From contig OX597815.1 in NCBI GenBank assembly GCA_951406725.2, positions 179,490,001-179,554,000 on the forward strand: 64,000 nucleotides of DNA, in the 5' to 3' direction. This stretch comes from Octopus vulgaris (taxonomy: Eukaryota). The position numbers were made by a program, and so were the translations under genes. Each line of letters starts with the position of its first letter. Within the stretch, counting starts at the first letter, position 1. This document shows positions 1 through 12,966 of the stretch, piece by piece. Below the pieces are notes generated by a model, which was not told the DNA's origin, ran no database searches, and was given only the letters and a program-made list of their open reading frames with translations.

Positions 1-320
1 AGTCATAAAGCGTGAAAACCACTCGTAGACTTGTGCTTTGCTCATCGCATTATCCTTATAAGTAGTTTGAAGCATGACAACTGTTTCAGCGGCCGTTGTC
101 CCCAGCAGAAGACAGAATTTCACGGAGGCACGGTGTTCCTTCGTTTCAGCCATTGCCAAAATCGACGAACAGGGGGGGGGGAGGAAGACACTGCAAAATA
201 AAGACACACCACGTGGTAGTACCACTTCACTAGAGCCGCTGGTCGGTACACTTATACCTAAGGTTCATATTAAGTGGCTTCTAGCGGCGGAAACGTGAAC
301 TACAACGTGCTTGTCTCGTA
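1..320 (-). mobile_element. Mariner (Tc1/mariner) transposon 5' end; transposase N-terminal HTH coding region 153->1 runs off the window
   Basis: Minus strand from ATG at 153 translates MAETKEHRASVKFCLLLGTTAAETVVMLQTTYKDNAMSKAQVYEWFSRFMT, matching the mariner HTH pattern (R..IKFC..LG....ET..ML..AY...AMS...V.EWF.RF). The element end reads TACGAG on the minus strand near 320. Confidence 0.85.
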
Positions 321-696
<376 letters not shown>

Positions 697-888
697 GTTA
701 ATCCAAACATGAAAACACAAAGAGAAAACACAACAACGCGAGGACGTGGAACAAGTATAGTGTTGTTATTGGATGCTCAGGAAAGAAGGAAAGAAAGAGG
801 GTTTAACGTTTCGGGCGGAGCTCTTCGTCAGAAACATAGGAAAAGGAAAGGTCCAAGGGAGGGAAGACGGAGGAAAAAAATCGATAAC
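697..888 (-). mobile_element. Penelope-like element terminal fragment (family H2) containing a hammerhead
   Basis: Near-identical second copy at 32670-32820; contains a minimal hammerhead at 801-835; embedded in TA-rich microsatellite. Confidence 0.7.
801..835 (-). ncRNA. Minimal type I hammerhead ribozyme (one stem II mismatch)
   Basis: Minus strand GTTT-CTGACGA-A-GAGC-TCC-GCCC-GAAAC-GTT-AAAC: stem I GTTT/AAAC, conserved core, palindromic ACGT in place of stem III. Confidence 0.7.
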
Positions 889-1116
889 TATATACACGCG
901 GTCACATATTGAATGTATACATATATGTATATATATATACATATATACATATATACATGTATATTATGTAAATATATGTGTATATGTATACGTATAAATA
1001 AGTATATATATACATATATATAATATTAATTCGAGACAAAACCACTATTTTGCAAAACAAACAAGGAAAGACTTAATCAATACATAAAAATTTTTTTAAT
1101 ATAAAGAAATAAACCG

Positions 1117-1159
1117 CCACTACAATCGTTTCATGTCTTCAATGACATTCGTCAGGTGG
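1117..1159 (-). ncRNA. Minimal type I hammerhead ribozyme (inverted copy of 1187-1229)
   Basis: Exact reverse complement of the plus-strand hammerhead. Confidence 0.8.
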
Positions 1160-1186
1160 ATTAAAACAGATTAGGAGATCGAAAAT

Positions 1187-1229
1187 CCACCTGACGAATG
1201 TCATTGAAGACATGAAACGATTGTAGTGG
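1187..1229 (+). ncRNA. Minimal type I hammerhead ribozyme, intact core
   Basis: CCAC-CTGACGA-ATGTC-ATTGAA-GACAT-GAAAC-GATT-GTA-GTGG: stem I CCAC/GTGG, stem II ATGTC/GACAT, short stem III, GUA cleavage triplet. Confidence 0.8.
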
Positions 1230-1506
1230 CGGTTTATTTCTTTATATTAAAAAAATTTTTATGTATTGATTAAGTCTTTCCTTGTTTGTTTTGCAAAATA
1301 GTGGGTTTGTCTCGAATTAATATTATATAATATTTTACTATAAAATTGGATCTAATCCTAAATCTGATTTTTTCCCTGTAAATTTGGATTTATTCCCTAA
1401 TATTTATTATTATACATATATATATATGTGTGTGTGTGTGTATATATATGTATGTATGTATGTATGTATATAGCGGCGTACGTACAGTTTGGTCTCTCTC
1501 TCTCTC

Positions 1507-1580
<74 letters not shown>

Positions 1581-1778
1581 GTGAGAGAGAGAGGAAGAGA
1601 GATGGATAGATAAAAATCTATAATCTTAAAGCTTATAAGCGATCACCGTGTAATGACTACAGAAAGTAGTCTAATGCTCCAAAATTAGAACAGTTCTACA
1701 CTCATTACACGGTGATCACTTAGATTTAAACTTATAGATTTTTATTTATCTATCGCTGTCTCTCTCTCTCTCTCTCAC
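1581..1778. repeat. Imperfect palindromic (fold-back/MITE-like) element between (TA)n tracts
   Basis: GATCACCGTGTAATGA (1641-1656) pairs with TCATTACACGGTGATC (1702-1717); GATAGATAAAAATCTATAA pairs with 1732-1750; GA and TC tracts mirror each other. Confidence 0.7.
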
Positions 1779-1785
1779 TCTCTCT

Positions 1786-1838
<53 letters not shown>

Positions 1839-2114
1839 CATACATATATATTTATATATACATATATATATATATGTACACATATATGTACATCATATAC
1901 ATATATACATATATACATACATATATATAATATACATTATGATATATATATATATATATATATATAATAGAGATAATTATATACATATATATGTATGTAT
2001 ATATATATATATATATACCGTAGTGTATATATATATTTTATATGTATTATTATATATATATTATGATATATTTATATAATATATATACATATACATATGT
2101 ATATAATAATATAT

Positions 2115-2166
<52 letters not shown>

Positions 2167-2947
2167 ATGTATGCATATGTATTATGATACAACATTTTGA
2201 TATACTTTATAAGAAACAAAACAGCCTATGACGAATATATTAAAAAAGTAATTGTAACTGGTAAATTATAGCAGCGAGATAAATACCAAGTAGATTACAT
2301 ATGGTATACACACAATATACAATAACGCCAAACATTGCCATTTATAAAGTAAATGTTTTAAAAAACTAAACTCTATTCTTCAATGGAACGACGTCTGGCT
2401 GGAAGGCGCAAGAATTTTATGACTGCTTATACATTCAGCTTTAAGAATAAATATAAACAAACGTTACAACATAACTCTATGTTTCTTTTTGTGTCCTCTT
2501 TGTAGAGTCCATAATGCAAAATTATCTACGCTACACTTCACATATACAAACAGTTTCATACATACACTCACACATTTACTCCCGCACTCACATATGCAGA
2601 CACGTAAGATGTGTTTATGTTTGTGTCTTTATCTTAATCGTTTGTTTATGTGAAGTTATAAAAATGTTGATTACCAAGCAAAGCAGTTTTGCCTCATTAA
2701 AGGATTTAATTTAAAACCTGACATTATATATTACTTTGAGGATCTAGTGTTAACTGTGGAAGTTAACAGATCAATAATTTTAATTAGACTTCTCTTAGAA
2801 ATGTTATGTAGATGTGTGTATGCGTGTGTATGTGTGTGTGTATGTGTAAGTGCATATACGTGTGTGCGAGAGAGGGAGAGGAAGAGGGAGAAGGGGAGTG
2901 GAAACAGAGGAAAGGCGGGAGAGAGTATGGGAAGAAAGTGAAACTAA

Positions 2948-2987
<40 letters not shown>

Positions 2988-3280
2988 AGAGAGAGAGAGA
3001 GCCAAAGTGATAGATTTTCTGAAAGTTTGTCTTTGAAATTGAGTTTGTCTTTAATAACATAGTTATGTGATTATATATACATAAATACAAGCACATACAT
3101 ACATACATACATACATACATACATACATACATACATACATACATACATACATACATACATACATACATACATGCATGCATACATACATACATACATACAT
3201 ACATACATGCATGCATATATATACAAATATGCATACCCGCATATACATACACGTATATGTATATATATATATATATATAT

Positions 3281-3623
3281 AAAGGAAATGAAGAAAATGC
3301 TGACAAAATAATTTAAGTAAGGGAGAGTGTATTTAATTAGATGAAAGTTCTTTTTACCGGTTGCGCATTTGTTATGCTTATCAAAAGATATTTTTTTAAG
3401 AGAGATAGAGTTCCTTTCTGATAGATAAGAGAAAAAAATCTATCAGAAAGGAACTCTATCTCTCTTTAAAAATATATCTTTTGATAAGCATAACAAATGC
3501 GCAACCGGTAAAAAGAACTTTCACCTAATAAAATACACTCTCCCTTACTTAAATTATTTTGTCAGCATTTTCTTCATTTCCTTTTTTTATATATCACAAC
3601 TCGTGTTCCACATCTCCTTTTTT

Positions 3624-3625
<2 letters not shown>
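3281..3625 (+). mobile_element. Fold-back insertion: ~146-bp inverted arms 3281-3426 / 3438-3584 plus a ~40-bp one-sided tail; probably Penelope-like
   Basis: Near-perfect inverted repeat with an 11-nt loop, inside (TA)n. Same geometry as the hammerhead-bearing fold-backs, but no hammerhead core is visible. Confidence 0.65.
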
Positions 3626-3662
<37 letters not shown>

Positions 3663-3766
3663 TCTTTTACTTATATATATATATTATATATAGATATATA
3701 TCGTCTGTAAAAGACATAAATCCGAAAGAAATGGCACACTGAGATAGAGAGACATAGAGCAGTACA

Positions 3767-3963
3767 TATTAAAAATGGAGAAGGCTGGTTTATGGGATTA
3801 CCTTAGGTTTCCAGTCCATAAAGGGTTTAACTTCATGGCGTATCGTAAGATCCTAAAAACCTATTGGCCCAAGACCTCTTAAATATTTTTTAAAGAGGTC
3901 TTGGGCCAAGAGGTTTTGGAAACCTAAAGTAATCTCATAAAGCGGTGTTCCTCATTTTTAATA
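3767..3963. repeat. Nested double inverted repeat
   Basis: Outer arms TATTAAAAATG...TTTATGGGATTACCTTAGGTTTCCA and TGGAAACCTAAAGTAATCTCATAAA...CATTTTTAATA; inner arms AAAACCTATTGGCCCAAGACCTCTT and AAGAGGTCTTGGGCCAAGAGGTTTT. Confidence 0.7.
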
Positions 3964-3973
3964 CACACACACA

Positions 3974-4027
<54 letters not shown>

Positions 4028-4215
4028 AGTATATATGCCCACATATATACATCTACTCACGTGACAATATATATAATTAGCCCACGTAATATACACAATG
4101 TTTATGTGTATATATATTCATGTATATATGTGTATACATCTACATATATTTATGCACATATATACATATATACTTATACATATATATATATACATGCATA
4201 TATATACATATCTAT

Positions 4216-4295
<80 letters not shown>

Positions 4296-4299
<4 letters not shown>

Positions 4300-4885
4300 A
4301 ATAAAATGAGACAACAAAGCCAAGGCTGTGTGGAGTTTTCAGGACATTTATAAAGAGAAAGTTAGTTTTACAGCTGTTTTGGGGATATTACGGCTATCCC
4401 TTCATCAGGGACGATGTGAGATGGTTAAATAGAGGGAAATATTAGTTCAATATGAGGAATTATTTTGGAAAAGGAAGCAAATAAGGAATATATAGGGAAA
4501 AAGGAGAATGTATGTAGAAATGAAAATAAAAATGTATAAAAATGTTACAATTGCAGTTCCATTATCCACGGATAGCGATGTGTAGAAGTAGTAGAAATGC
4601 CTTCTATCCGTGGTATGTAAATTCCCATAGGAGTTCATATTTTGTGATCACAAATGGAAATTATAGAGACGTAGATTCCATGTGCTGTTCATTCAAAGGG
4701 CTCTTGTGGTGTGAATGAAAACTTGAGAATGTAGTGATGGTATTAAGTGGATAGAGAGGGGAGAAGAGATGTGTATGCTAAAATGAAGAGAGAGGTCAAA
4801 GGAAAAGGTGAGAAAAGAAGGAAAGAGGAAGAGAAAATTAAAAAGTGTAAGGAAGTGAACAAAGAAGAAAAAAGAAACAATGATA
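4296..4885 (-). mobile_element. Probable Penelope-like terminal remnant (family H3) with a decayed hammerhead at 4365-4412
   Basis: Minus strand CTGATGA-A-GGGATA-GCCGTAA-TATCCC-C-AAAAC-AGCT-GTA: stem II perfect and palindromic ACAGCTGT present, but GAAA has mutated to AAAA and stem I is lost. Confidence 0.5.
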
Positions 4886-4941
4886 TATATAAAGTATATA
4901 TATGTATATATGATATATAATATAATATATATGTATGTATG

Positions 4942-5009
<68 letters not shown>

Positions 5010-6975
5010 CATATATATATATATCACCGTAAGGACGTAAATGTATTATTTATTAATATTCAGCACAAGCGACAGAGTGACTCAAGGGCTGAGAGTTTAG
5101 CGCGTTGATAATTATATATACATACAAACACAGAAACATACAAAAGAGTCTTTTTTACTTGGATATTGGTATTTATGCTGAACGAATGAATGTATCTACA
5201 CGTTGTATCTCCGGGTATACGTGTAAGTGTGAACTAATATATGTCTGAGTATATGTTCACCTGACTGCATTGATGTCCTTATGTGTGGTTCAACAACTTC
5301 GTTCAACCTACTGAATTCTCACTGCAATGACCAATATTTCTGTAAGATTTCTTCTTCGTACTTACCTACACATATAAACACGTCCATCGCAGCATTTTGT
5401 CGTTAGTTTTCTCTTTGTGTCTTCTCTTTCAACACTAATCTTCTATTGAATAAAAGTAATACCTTCCTTGTGGGAACAGCAATTTTTCTTTACAAAAATA
5501 ACACTTGCTGCCGCGCCAATATGTAAGAAAAAGTACGCCTATTGACTTTAATAATCTATCTCTATTGTGGAAGCCAGGTGTGACTAAAAATGGCCCCATC
5601 ACTTGTCTCCTTAAATTGACCACTAACAAATACATATGATATACTTATGTCGTATCATGTATTGTATAACTACTTTATCATCGTTTTATGCTCAAACGCT
5701 ATTGGTGAATCGATTATGTGAATACAAACACTAAATTTTGGCTTCCGGATTATTTTGCATTAATATAGTAGGCAAATTAACAGGAAATCGCGATCAGTAT
5801 CTCATTTATAACAATTCCTAATCTCCAAAGGCTCTCTTCTGACCCAAAGTCTTCTAGTTATTTATTTTAAGTTTCAAGTGTAGAAACCTTTTGATCATTC
5901 TTGTAAAGATTTCGATGTTTTTTGCAATAAACGATCAGTTATTTGCATACTTACAGCTTTGTTATATGTATATAAACAAGTTTAGTCTTTGCCGTTAAGG
6001 TTATAATGTCATTAAATCCGAAACAAAAACAGCAGGAGATCGGAAATATTGAATCCATGGCAATGTTGTTAGTAGATTCAAAATCGTGACAATTCCGTTC
6101 ATGATCAACTACTGCTATGAAGATTGATCGAAAAGGTTATTTAAAGATCGTTAAAAATATTCATATCCGCAGATTTGCCAAAACAGTATACAATACGCTG
6201 TAATAGATTATTAATCTCTAGATCTTAAATCTTACATATTTTCTGAAGTTAATTTCAATTTGGTCGCCCCCTTGTTTTCGTGAAATATTTTGTTTTGAAC
6301 TTTATAAATCTTACACCAAAGCAGAATTTTCTTTAGATTTTCTTACGATATATGTCATGTTTCCATCAACAATATTTTTCATGTTATCAGAACCTGACGG
6401 GGGTATATTCATATCGACGTCAACGTTGCGGTTTGTTTCTGACAAGAGAAATTAATTCTATAGCTCCAATAACGTAACTTCGGTGGAAGAATATTAAACT
6501 CAGTACGGTTGCATCCTACGTACGAATGGTTTATCTTGGATCAGTTTGAAGCTACTCAATTCAAAGCTGACTGCCTTATCAGCCATCAGCAATATAGACT
6601 CCAGTGACTTGCAAATATATTTTCCATTTTACTGTAAATATAACGAACTACTTTTCATGGAAAGGATGCTTACCCGCATGATGGTTAAAGCTGATGTCTG
6701 TGATTGAGATAATTGAATTCTAAGTCCGAAGATTTGATATGCAGTTGATTGTTTCAAGTTCGAAGTAAATAAAAGTAGAGTCTTATTGTTAATGTTCGTG
6801 GTTGACACTATTATCATATACTGATATCGTATAACTAACACGTTCAATTATTTCAGAAATTGGTTTTATGAATGGTGAAAACAAATAAGCAATTATCACC
6901 ATTAAATGCGATTTACGCCAATTCCGAATTCTACCCTCACTTTTATGCTGAATATACAATATTCTATTTCAATAA

Positions 6976-7488
6976 GGCGGTGAGCTGGCAGAAGCGTTAG
7001 CACGCCGGGCGAAATACGTAGCCGTATTTCGTCTGCCGTTACGTTCCGAGTTCAAATTCCGTCGAGGTCGACTTTGCCTTTCATCCTTTCGGGGTCGATT
7101 AAATTAGTACCAGTTACGCACTGGGGTCGATGTAATCGACTTACTCCGTTTGTCTGTCCTTGTTTGTCCTCTCTGTGTTTAGCTCCTTGTGGGTAGTAAA
7201 GAAATAGGTATTTCGTCTGCCGCTACGTTCCGAGTTCAAATTCCGCCGAGGTCGACTTTGCCTTTCATCCTTTCGGGGTCGATTAAATAAGTACCAATTA
7301 CGCACTGGGGGCGATGTAATCGACTTACTCCGTTTGTCTGTCCATGTTTGTCCTCTCTGTCTGTAGCCCCTTGTGGATAGTAAAGAAATAGGCATTTCGT
7401 CTGCCGCTATGTTCCGAGTTCAAATTCCGCCGAAGTCGACAATGCCTTTCATCCTTTCGGGGTCGATTAAATAAGTACCAGTTACGCA
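6976..7488 (+). mobile_element. tRNA-derived SINE family A, tandem trimer
   Basis: Head GGCGGTGAGCTGGCAGAA, B-box-like GAGTTCAAATTCC, core GCCTTTCATCCTTTCGGGGTCGAT..AGTACCAG. Units restart at about 7208 and 7392. Confidence 0.9.
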
Positions 7489-8639
7489 GTAGGAAAGAAA
7501 ACATATCTTCAGTATCGAGGGTATGATACTAAAAGGAAGCTTTCTAAAATCTGTGTATTCATCTTCTATGCAATTTCATATCATCTACAGTCAATTTCTC
7601 CCGAACTGAATCAAAACTAAAGTTCTCAAGAAATAAGAATAATAAAATGAATCGCTTACATTATATTCTAGTATTTACTGTATCAATCCAAACAGATGAA
7701 GGCTAAGTTAAACCAGATTTTGAATTCAGTGGGTAGAAAAGCAAGACTTAATTCCAAACGAATTTAACTTATTTTCCCTTTAGCCCTGATATCAATATTG
7801 TACTGAAACACAAAAGGAAATTATTAACTCAAGGATAACATATACACAAACTATAATTTCCTCCTAAGTCATCTTTGAAAGCTTTTAGATAAATTGTTCA
7901 ATACACATCTGTATGACCAAATTCCATTCCATTTATAGAATATCAGTTACAGAATACCAGTTTCCATCTCTTGCTGCACAGCAAGTGAGAAAAAGCCATT
8001 AATTTCGTTACAGTGATAGAAAGCTGATAAAATAAAATTTTATTTCACATACTTAAACATTTATATACAATAATTATTAAATTCTTAGTGGTTTAATCCA
8101 TAAACCACCTGATCTGCAAACTACGTTGAGTGCGTTCCTACATTTTCTTGATGGTTAAATCTAATCCGTGCAGGCTCGACCGCTTGATTGGGTCTCGCGT
8201 GCATCAGCACGAACACATTGCACGTAAAATGTAGAGCAAGTATTAAAGCATTTCTCTCAATAATACTTGTAAAACAAGGTAGGTTGCATGATAAACATCA
8301 ATTTATGAAGGAATATCATATGAACGCTTAAAACTATACTTATTATCTTCAACTTTCTATTGAATAATACTTATTCGAGTTGGTGCACAACAGCGCGCTT
8401 ACGCACGCTTTCCAATTAAAAAGATCAGGTTCTAATTTCCGCATTCTTCTCACGTGACAAGATGAAAGACGCTAACTCATCGTTAAATGCAATTTTTCAA
8501 ACAAATACCAGTGTTGACGAACGTGTATGCTTCCCCACAAACCGGCATAAATGCATTCACAGATATATATTTATATATATAAATGTATATATAAGTATTA
8601 TATACATTTAAAGCTGCTTTTTAGATATGTAAATACAAA

Positions 8640-9038
8640 TCTTTATATATAAAAGTGAAGTTGTGTGTCTGTCTCCTACGATTTAGATTCCTAACTACTC
8701 CCACATTTTACGGTGCAGTTTAATCAAAACCGGGTATCTTATAGTCGTGATTCATATCAAGCCCTTGTATGTATTAGCGCGCGTCTACGATGAGTCTACG
8801 ATTAAAAAAAATATTACCATAATTTTTTTCCCATTTTTTAATGCATTTTTTGCTATTATATAAGGGAAGTAACTCTCTAAAAATGTATTATTAAATCTCA
8901 GAACGTAAAAAGCTACAGTAACACCCCCCCCCCTTTGTGGTTAGCCATATTGAGATGGCTATTATATTTTACATCTCTAAAAATGCTTATATAGTTATTT
9001 CCCTTACAAACCCGAGCAACGCCGGGCGATACTGCTAG
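8640..9038 (+). mobile_element. Non-autonomous Helitron
   Basis: 5' TC after A; 3' GC-rich hairpin CCCGAGCAACGCCGGG then CTAG followed by T; no TSD. Confidence 0.85.
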
Positions 9039-9206
9039 TGTTATATAAATCTTCACCAATATTCATTGCTACTATACTAACATATAGCGAGAAGTCTATG
9101 TGCATGAGTATCTACTAGAAGGTATACATATTCTATAACCTTAAAGTTGTCTCTAGAGATTTTCTATAGAAGTTAGAATCCGCATCAGCGCTGTATTAAC
9201 CATTAA

Positions 9207-9429
9207 CCCATTAAACCCCACTGTCCTATAAATAGGACACTAAATAAGAATATTAAATAAACTATATCACATTGTCTCAGTGTCCTATTTATAGGACACT
9301 GAGTATCTCCATTTCTCCTTGAAGTAAAGGAGTTTTAATAATTATTTTTTTCATTTTAACCTATTTCCAATCATTTGTAAACATTTAAAAGTATTATTCA
9401 GAAATTTAAGTTCTCTGTGACTTAATGGG
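9207..9429. mobile_element. piggyBac-like MITE
   Basis: TTAA flanks (9203-9206, 9430-9433); ends CCCATTAA...TTAATGGG; internal palindromes TGTCCTAT..ATAGGACA. Confidence 0.7.
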
Positions 9430-9481
9430 TTAAGCAAAATAAGCACATGCTTGGGTAATCAAGGCAAGGGGAAGCACAGAA

Positions 9482-9628
9482 ATGGTAAATGGTTTACGGC
9501 ACAAAAGAAATCACTTTAAACTTTATAAAATGATATATGGAGTGGTTTACAGGATGGGGAATATAATTCCGAAGTGTTCATGGTGTGATAGTGAGGATCT
9601 GATCAAATACTTTGTCCAGGCCCCATCG
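9482..9628 (+). mobile_element. Possible decayed L1/Tx1 LINE zinc-knuckle fragment
   Basis: KLY..YRMGNIIPKCSWCDSEDLIKYFVQAP loosely resembles the RT C-terminal C..C...E...H..VQCP motif. Confidence 0.3.
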
Positions 9629-9629
9629 T

Positions 9630-9765
9630 TTGACTTAGTGGTTCGACAAAAAAGACCGATAGAATAGATACTAGGCTTACAAAGAATTAGTCCTGAGGTC
9701 GATTTGTTTTACTAAAGGCAGTGCTCATCATGGACTGAAACAAGTAAAATAACAAGTAAAAGAAC
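9630..9765 (+). mobile_element. SINE family B 3' fragment
   Basis: ACTTAGTGGTTCGAC..GACCGATAGAATA..CTAGGCTTACAAAGAA..GACTGAAACAAGTAAAA matches the 3' half of the full copies. Confidence 0.75.
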
Positions 9766-9807
9766 AAAAGAATATATATATGGATACATACATATATATA
9801 CATATAT

Positions 9808-9937
<130 letters not shown>

Positions 9938-11020
9938 GGGGAACCAAACTCATTTAAGTTCTTTGGACTTCTGGGTTTTCATCCGGTCCTGAAAGTTAAC
10001 ACGTTTCGTATATGAATACGTTTGTGTAAGCAATCCGGTCGAAGATAGAAAAATCGGTATATGCACATTGTGGGAGTTGTTACACCTCTATCAGCATTAC
10101 ATCCAAACCATCAACCAACCACGGACACTGTTGGACAGACCTGTTTACATATTAAACACGGTCCTGGAATCTCTCACGTACATAACAATTGCTGGTATGT
10201 AATATGTAATTAATATGTCAAACCGTAACTATTTTCTATACAGGTTCTGTCTTACGACACATTCCGATTGTCATGTAATTAACGAGTAATTAATAAGATC
10301 GGTGTGGAGGCCTGCCACTGCATTTGAGTAAGTTTCCCAGCGGTTAAGCGTCTCATACGACAAAAGTATTACGTGAATGAATTCTTTGCATTGATACATT
10401 AATATGGTATTTCAATAAATATTTATTGGGCTTATATTGGTATCGAAGGATAGGCATAGAAAATGCGAATAAATTAACATACTATAAATGCTAAGCAGTA
10501 ATGTGCTGAATAAACTGTGCAAAGTCCGTGCTCATAAAAGTGCCCAAGACATGTATTTGTTAAAGTACTTTGTTAGAAATGTGATGTTATTTACGTCTGG
10601 TTAGAGAACATACCTTCAAACGAGGAATAGCTACATGGCAATTGATACAGGGGACGTGCGGAAAAGCAGTATCTAGGCTTTCCTCATAAATGGTGCTTGT
10701 TGATTACTTTTAATGAATGAAAGGAGCGTGAACTCGTATAAAAAATAGCTGTGTCTTGGTAAATATCCTAAAGATATACAGTGAGAGAATAGTTTCTGTA
10801 CTGGAAACATCATGCAAAAAAGAAAAACTTGAGTATGTCGGATATGAGATTATGATGTAATCTACCGCCTTGATTTTTTTCAGTGACCCAGGACCGATAC
10901 TCTGTTATAATACTAGAAACTAACATCTGCCTCCCCACCCCCAAAGCATGAAATAAAAAATATGAAAGTTGTTTGGTTAAAGTTATTTTCAGGCTTCTAG
11001 TAATATTCTTGTACATGTGT

Positions 11021-11433
11021 GCGGCGAGCTAGCAGAAACGTTAGCACGCCGGACGAAAAGCGTAGCCGTATTTCGTCTGCCGCTACGTTTTGGGTTCAAA
11101 TTCCGCCGAGGTCGACTTTGCCTTTCATCCTTTCGGGGTCGATTAAATAAGTACCAGTTACGCACTGGGGTCGATATAATCGACTTAATCCGTTTGTCTG
11201 TCCTTGTTTGTCCCCTCTGTGGTTAGCCCCTTGTGGGTAGTAAAGAAGTAGGTATTTCGTCTGCCGTTACGTTCTGAGTTCAAATTCCGCCGAGGTCGAC
11301 TTTGGCTTTCATCCTTTCGGGGTCGATTGAATAAGTACCAGTTTTGCACTGGGGTCGATGTAATCGACTTAATGTCTTTGTCTGTTCTTGTTTGTTCTTT
11401 CTATGTTTAGCCTCGTGTGGTTAATAAAGAAAT
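11021..11433 (+). mobile_element. SINE family A tandem dimer with one 16-bp TSD
   Basis: Two units, junction at about 11252. AATATTCTTGTACATG (11002-11017) and AATATTCTTATACATG (11435-11450) flank the whole dimer. Confidence 0.9.
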
Positions 11434-12062
11434 CAATATTCTTATACATGAATTTCAAGTGAAATCAATGCCAATTAATGACAATGAATCCAGTCAACAG
11501 AAGAGAGATAGGAGGTTCAATGACTCGGTGAGAGAATTTTAGTAACCATAACGAATGAGCAACACCAGCAGAGCATCCTGTGCAAGCCAGCTTGTACAGC
11601 GATGAGTTATAAAAAGAAAAACGGAAAAAAAGTTCAAGGATTAAGTTTAAAGATTAAGAAACATCGTAAAAAAAATCTACAAAAAGAGAAGGGAAATATC
11701 CAGACATCACGAATCCGGAAAGATTACGAGTTTGGAAATTAATCCGTATCAAATTAAGTTTGACAATAGTCTCCTAACTTAGGCCAGTGCTTTCTTCTAT
11801 AACCTCGGGTTGACTAAAGAATTGTAAGTGGATTTGTTAGAGAGAAACTGAAAGAAGTCCATCACACACACACACACACAAAATATCGCAGCCTGTCCAC
11901 GAACTGAAATTTAGGTGACACACAATGTGCTGCATGTTTGTAATTCCCGTGACTTACGAATCATCTGTGTGTGTGTGTGCAACGTAATGTTAGCGTTGTT
12001 CGCTTATTCACTCAGCTCTATCTATTTTTTATGTCAACCATCTTTGTAATTCGTTTGGTTAT

Positions 12063-12310
12063 TCTTTTATTCTCTTACTCGTTCCAGTCATTTGATTGTG
12101 GCCATGCTGGAGCACCACCTTTTATCGAACAAATCAGTCCCAACACTTATACTTTGTATGCCTCGTACTTATCCTATCGGTCTCGCTGGCCGAACCGCTA
12201 AGTTAACGAGATGTATGCACACCAACATCGGTTGTCAATCGATGTTTTAAAAACACTGAAACACAAACATATACAATACATACATATATACATACATATT
12301 TATAGATATA

Positions 12311-12341
<31 letters not shown>

Positions 12342-12497
12342 ATACGACGGGCTTCTTACAGTTTCCGTCTTCCAAATCCGCTCAGAAGGCTTTGGTCGGT
12401 CTGAGGCTATGGTAAAAGACAATTGCCCAAGTTGGCACGCAGTGGGACTGAACCCGGGACTATGTGGTTGGGAAGCAAGCTTCTTACCACACAGCCA
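12063..12497 (-). mobile_element. tRNA-derived SINE family B with central microsatellite
   Basis: Reverse complement of the family B sequence (GGCTGTGTGGTAAG..GGGTTCAGTCCCACTGCG..TTGGGCAA..). Confidence 0.85.
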
Positions 12498-12577
12498 TAT
12501 ATTTTCCACACCACATAGAAATAAATCAAGTTCTTCGAGGAAATATTTACTTACAAGTATGAATTTAATACTGAGTT

Positions 12578-12779
12578 CAAATTTTGGCATAAGGCCCAGC
12601 AATTTCGGAGATATAACTCGATTACATCGACGCCAGTACTCAGCTGGTACTAATTTTATCGACCAAAAATAGATGAAAGGCAAAGTCGACCACGGCCCAA
12701 TTTGAACTCAGATAGTGAAGACGAAATGACGCTAAGCATTTTGCCCGGCGTGCTAACGATCCTACCAGCTCGCCGCCTT
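12578..12779 (-). mobile_element. SINE family A (alternative-tail variant)
   Basis: GATGAAAGGCAAAGTCGAC..TTTGAACTCAG..CCAGCTCGCCGCC. Confidence 0.8.
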
Positions 12780-12966
12780 GCGAATTCGACAGAATATTAA
12801 ACCATATAATTTTTTAAAATTTTCTCGTTTCTCGCGTTTGAGAATTGTTATCCTCCTCCTCCTCCTCCTCCCCTCGTCGTCGTCGTTGTCATCATCATTA
12901 TCGTCGTCATCATCACCGTCCGTCATCATCATCATCATCATCGTCGTCATCATCGTCATAGTCACT

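Larger units (their letters stand above)
1017..1413 (+). mobile_element. Penelope-like fold-back insertion (family H1): ~145-bp inverted arms 1017-1162 / 1184-1329 plus a one-sided ~85-bp tail
   Basis: The arms are near-perfect reverse complements and each carries a hammerhead. The same family occurs at 40515-40757. Flanked by (TA)n. Confidence 0.8.

Noticed and set aside
6976-7488. Regularly spaced repeats suggesting a CRISPR array
   Set aside because: The whole ~184-bp unit repeats with no unique spacers, the context is eukaryotic, and no cas genes are present.
11017-12683. ORFs with apparently complex protein sequence that recur across the window
   Set aside because: They are chance frames through SINE A and SINE B copies.
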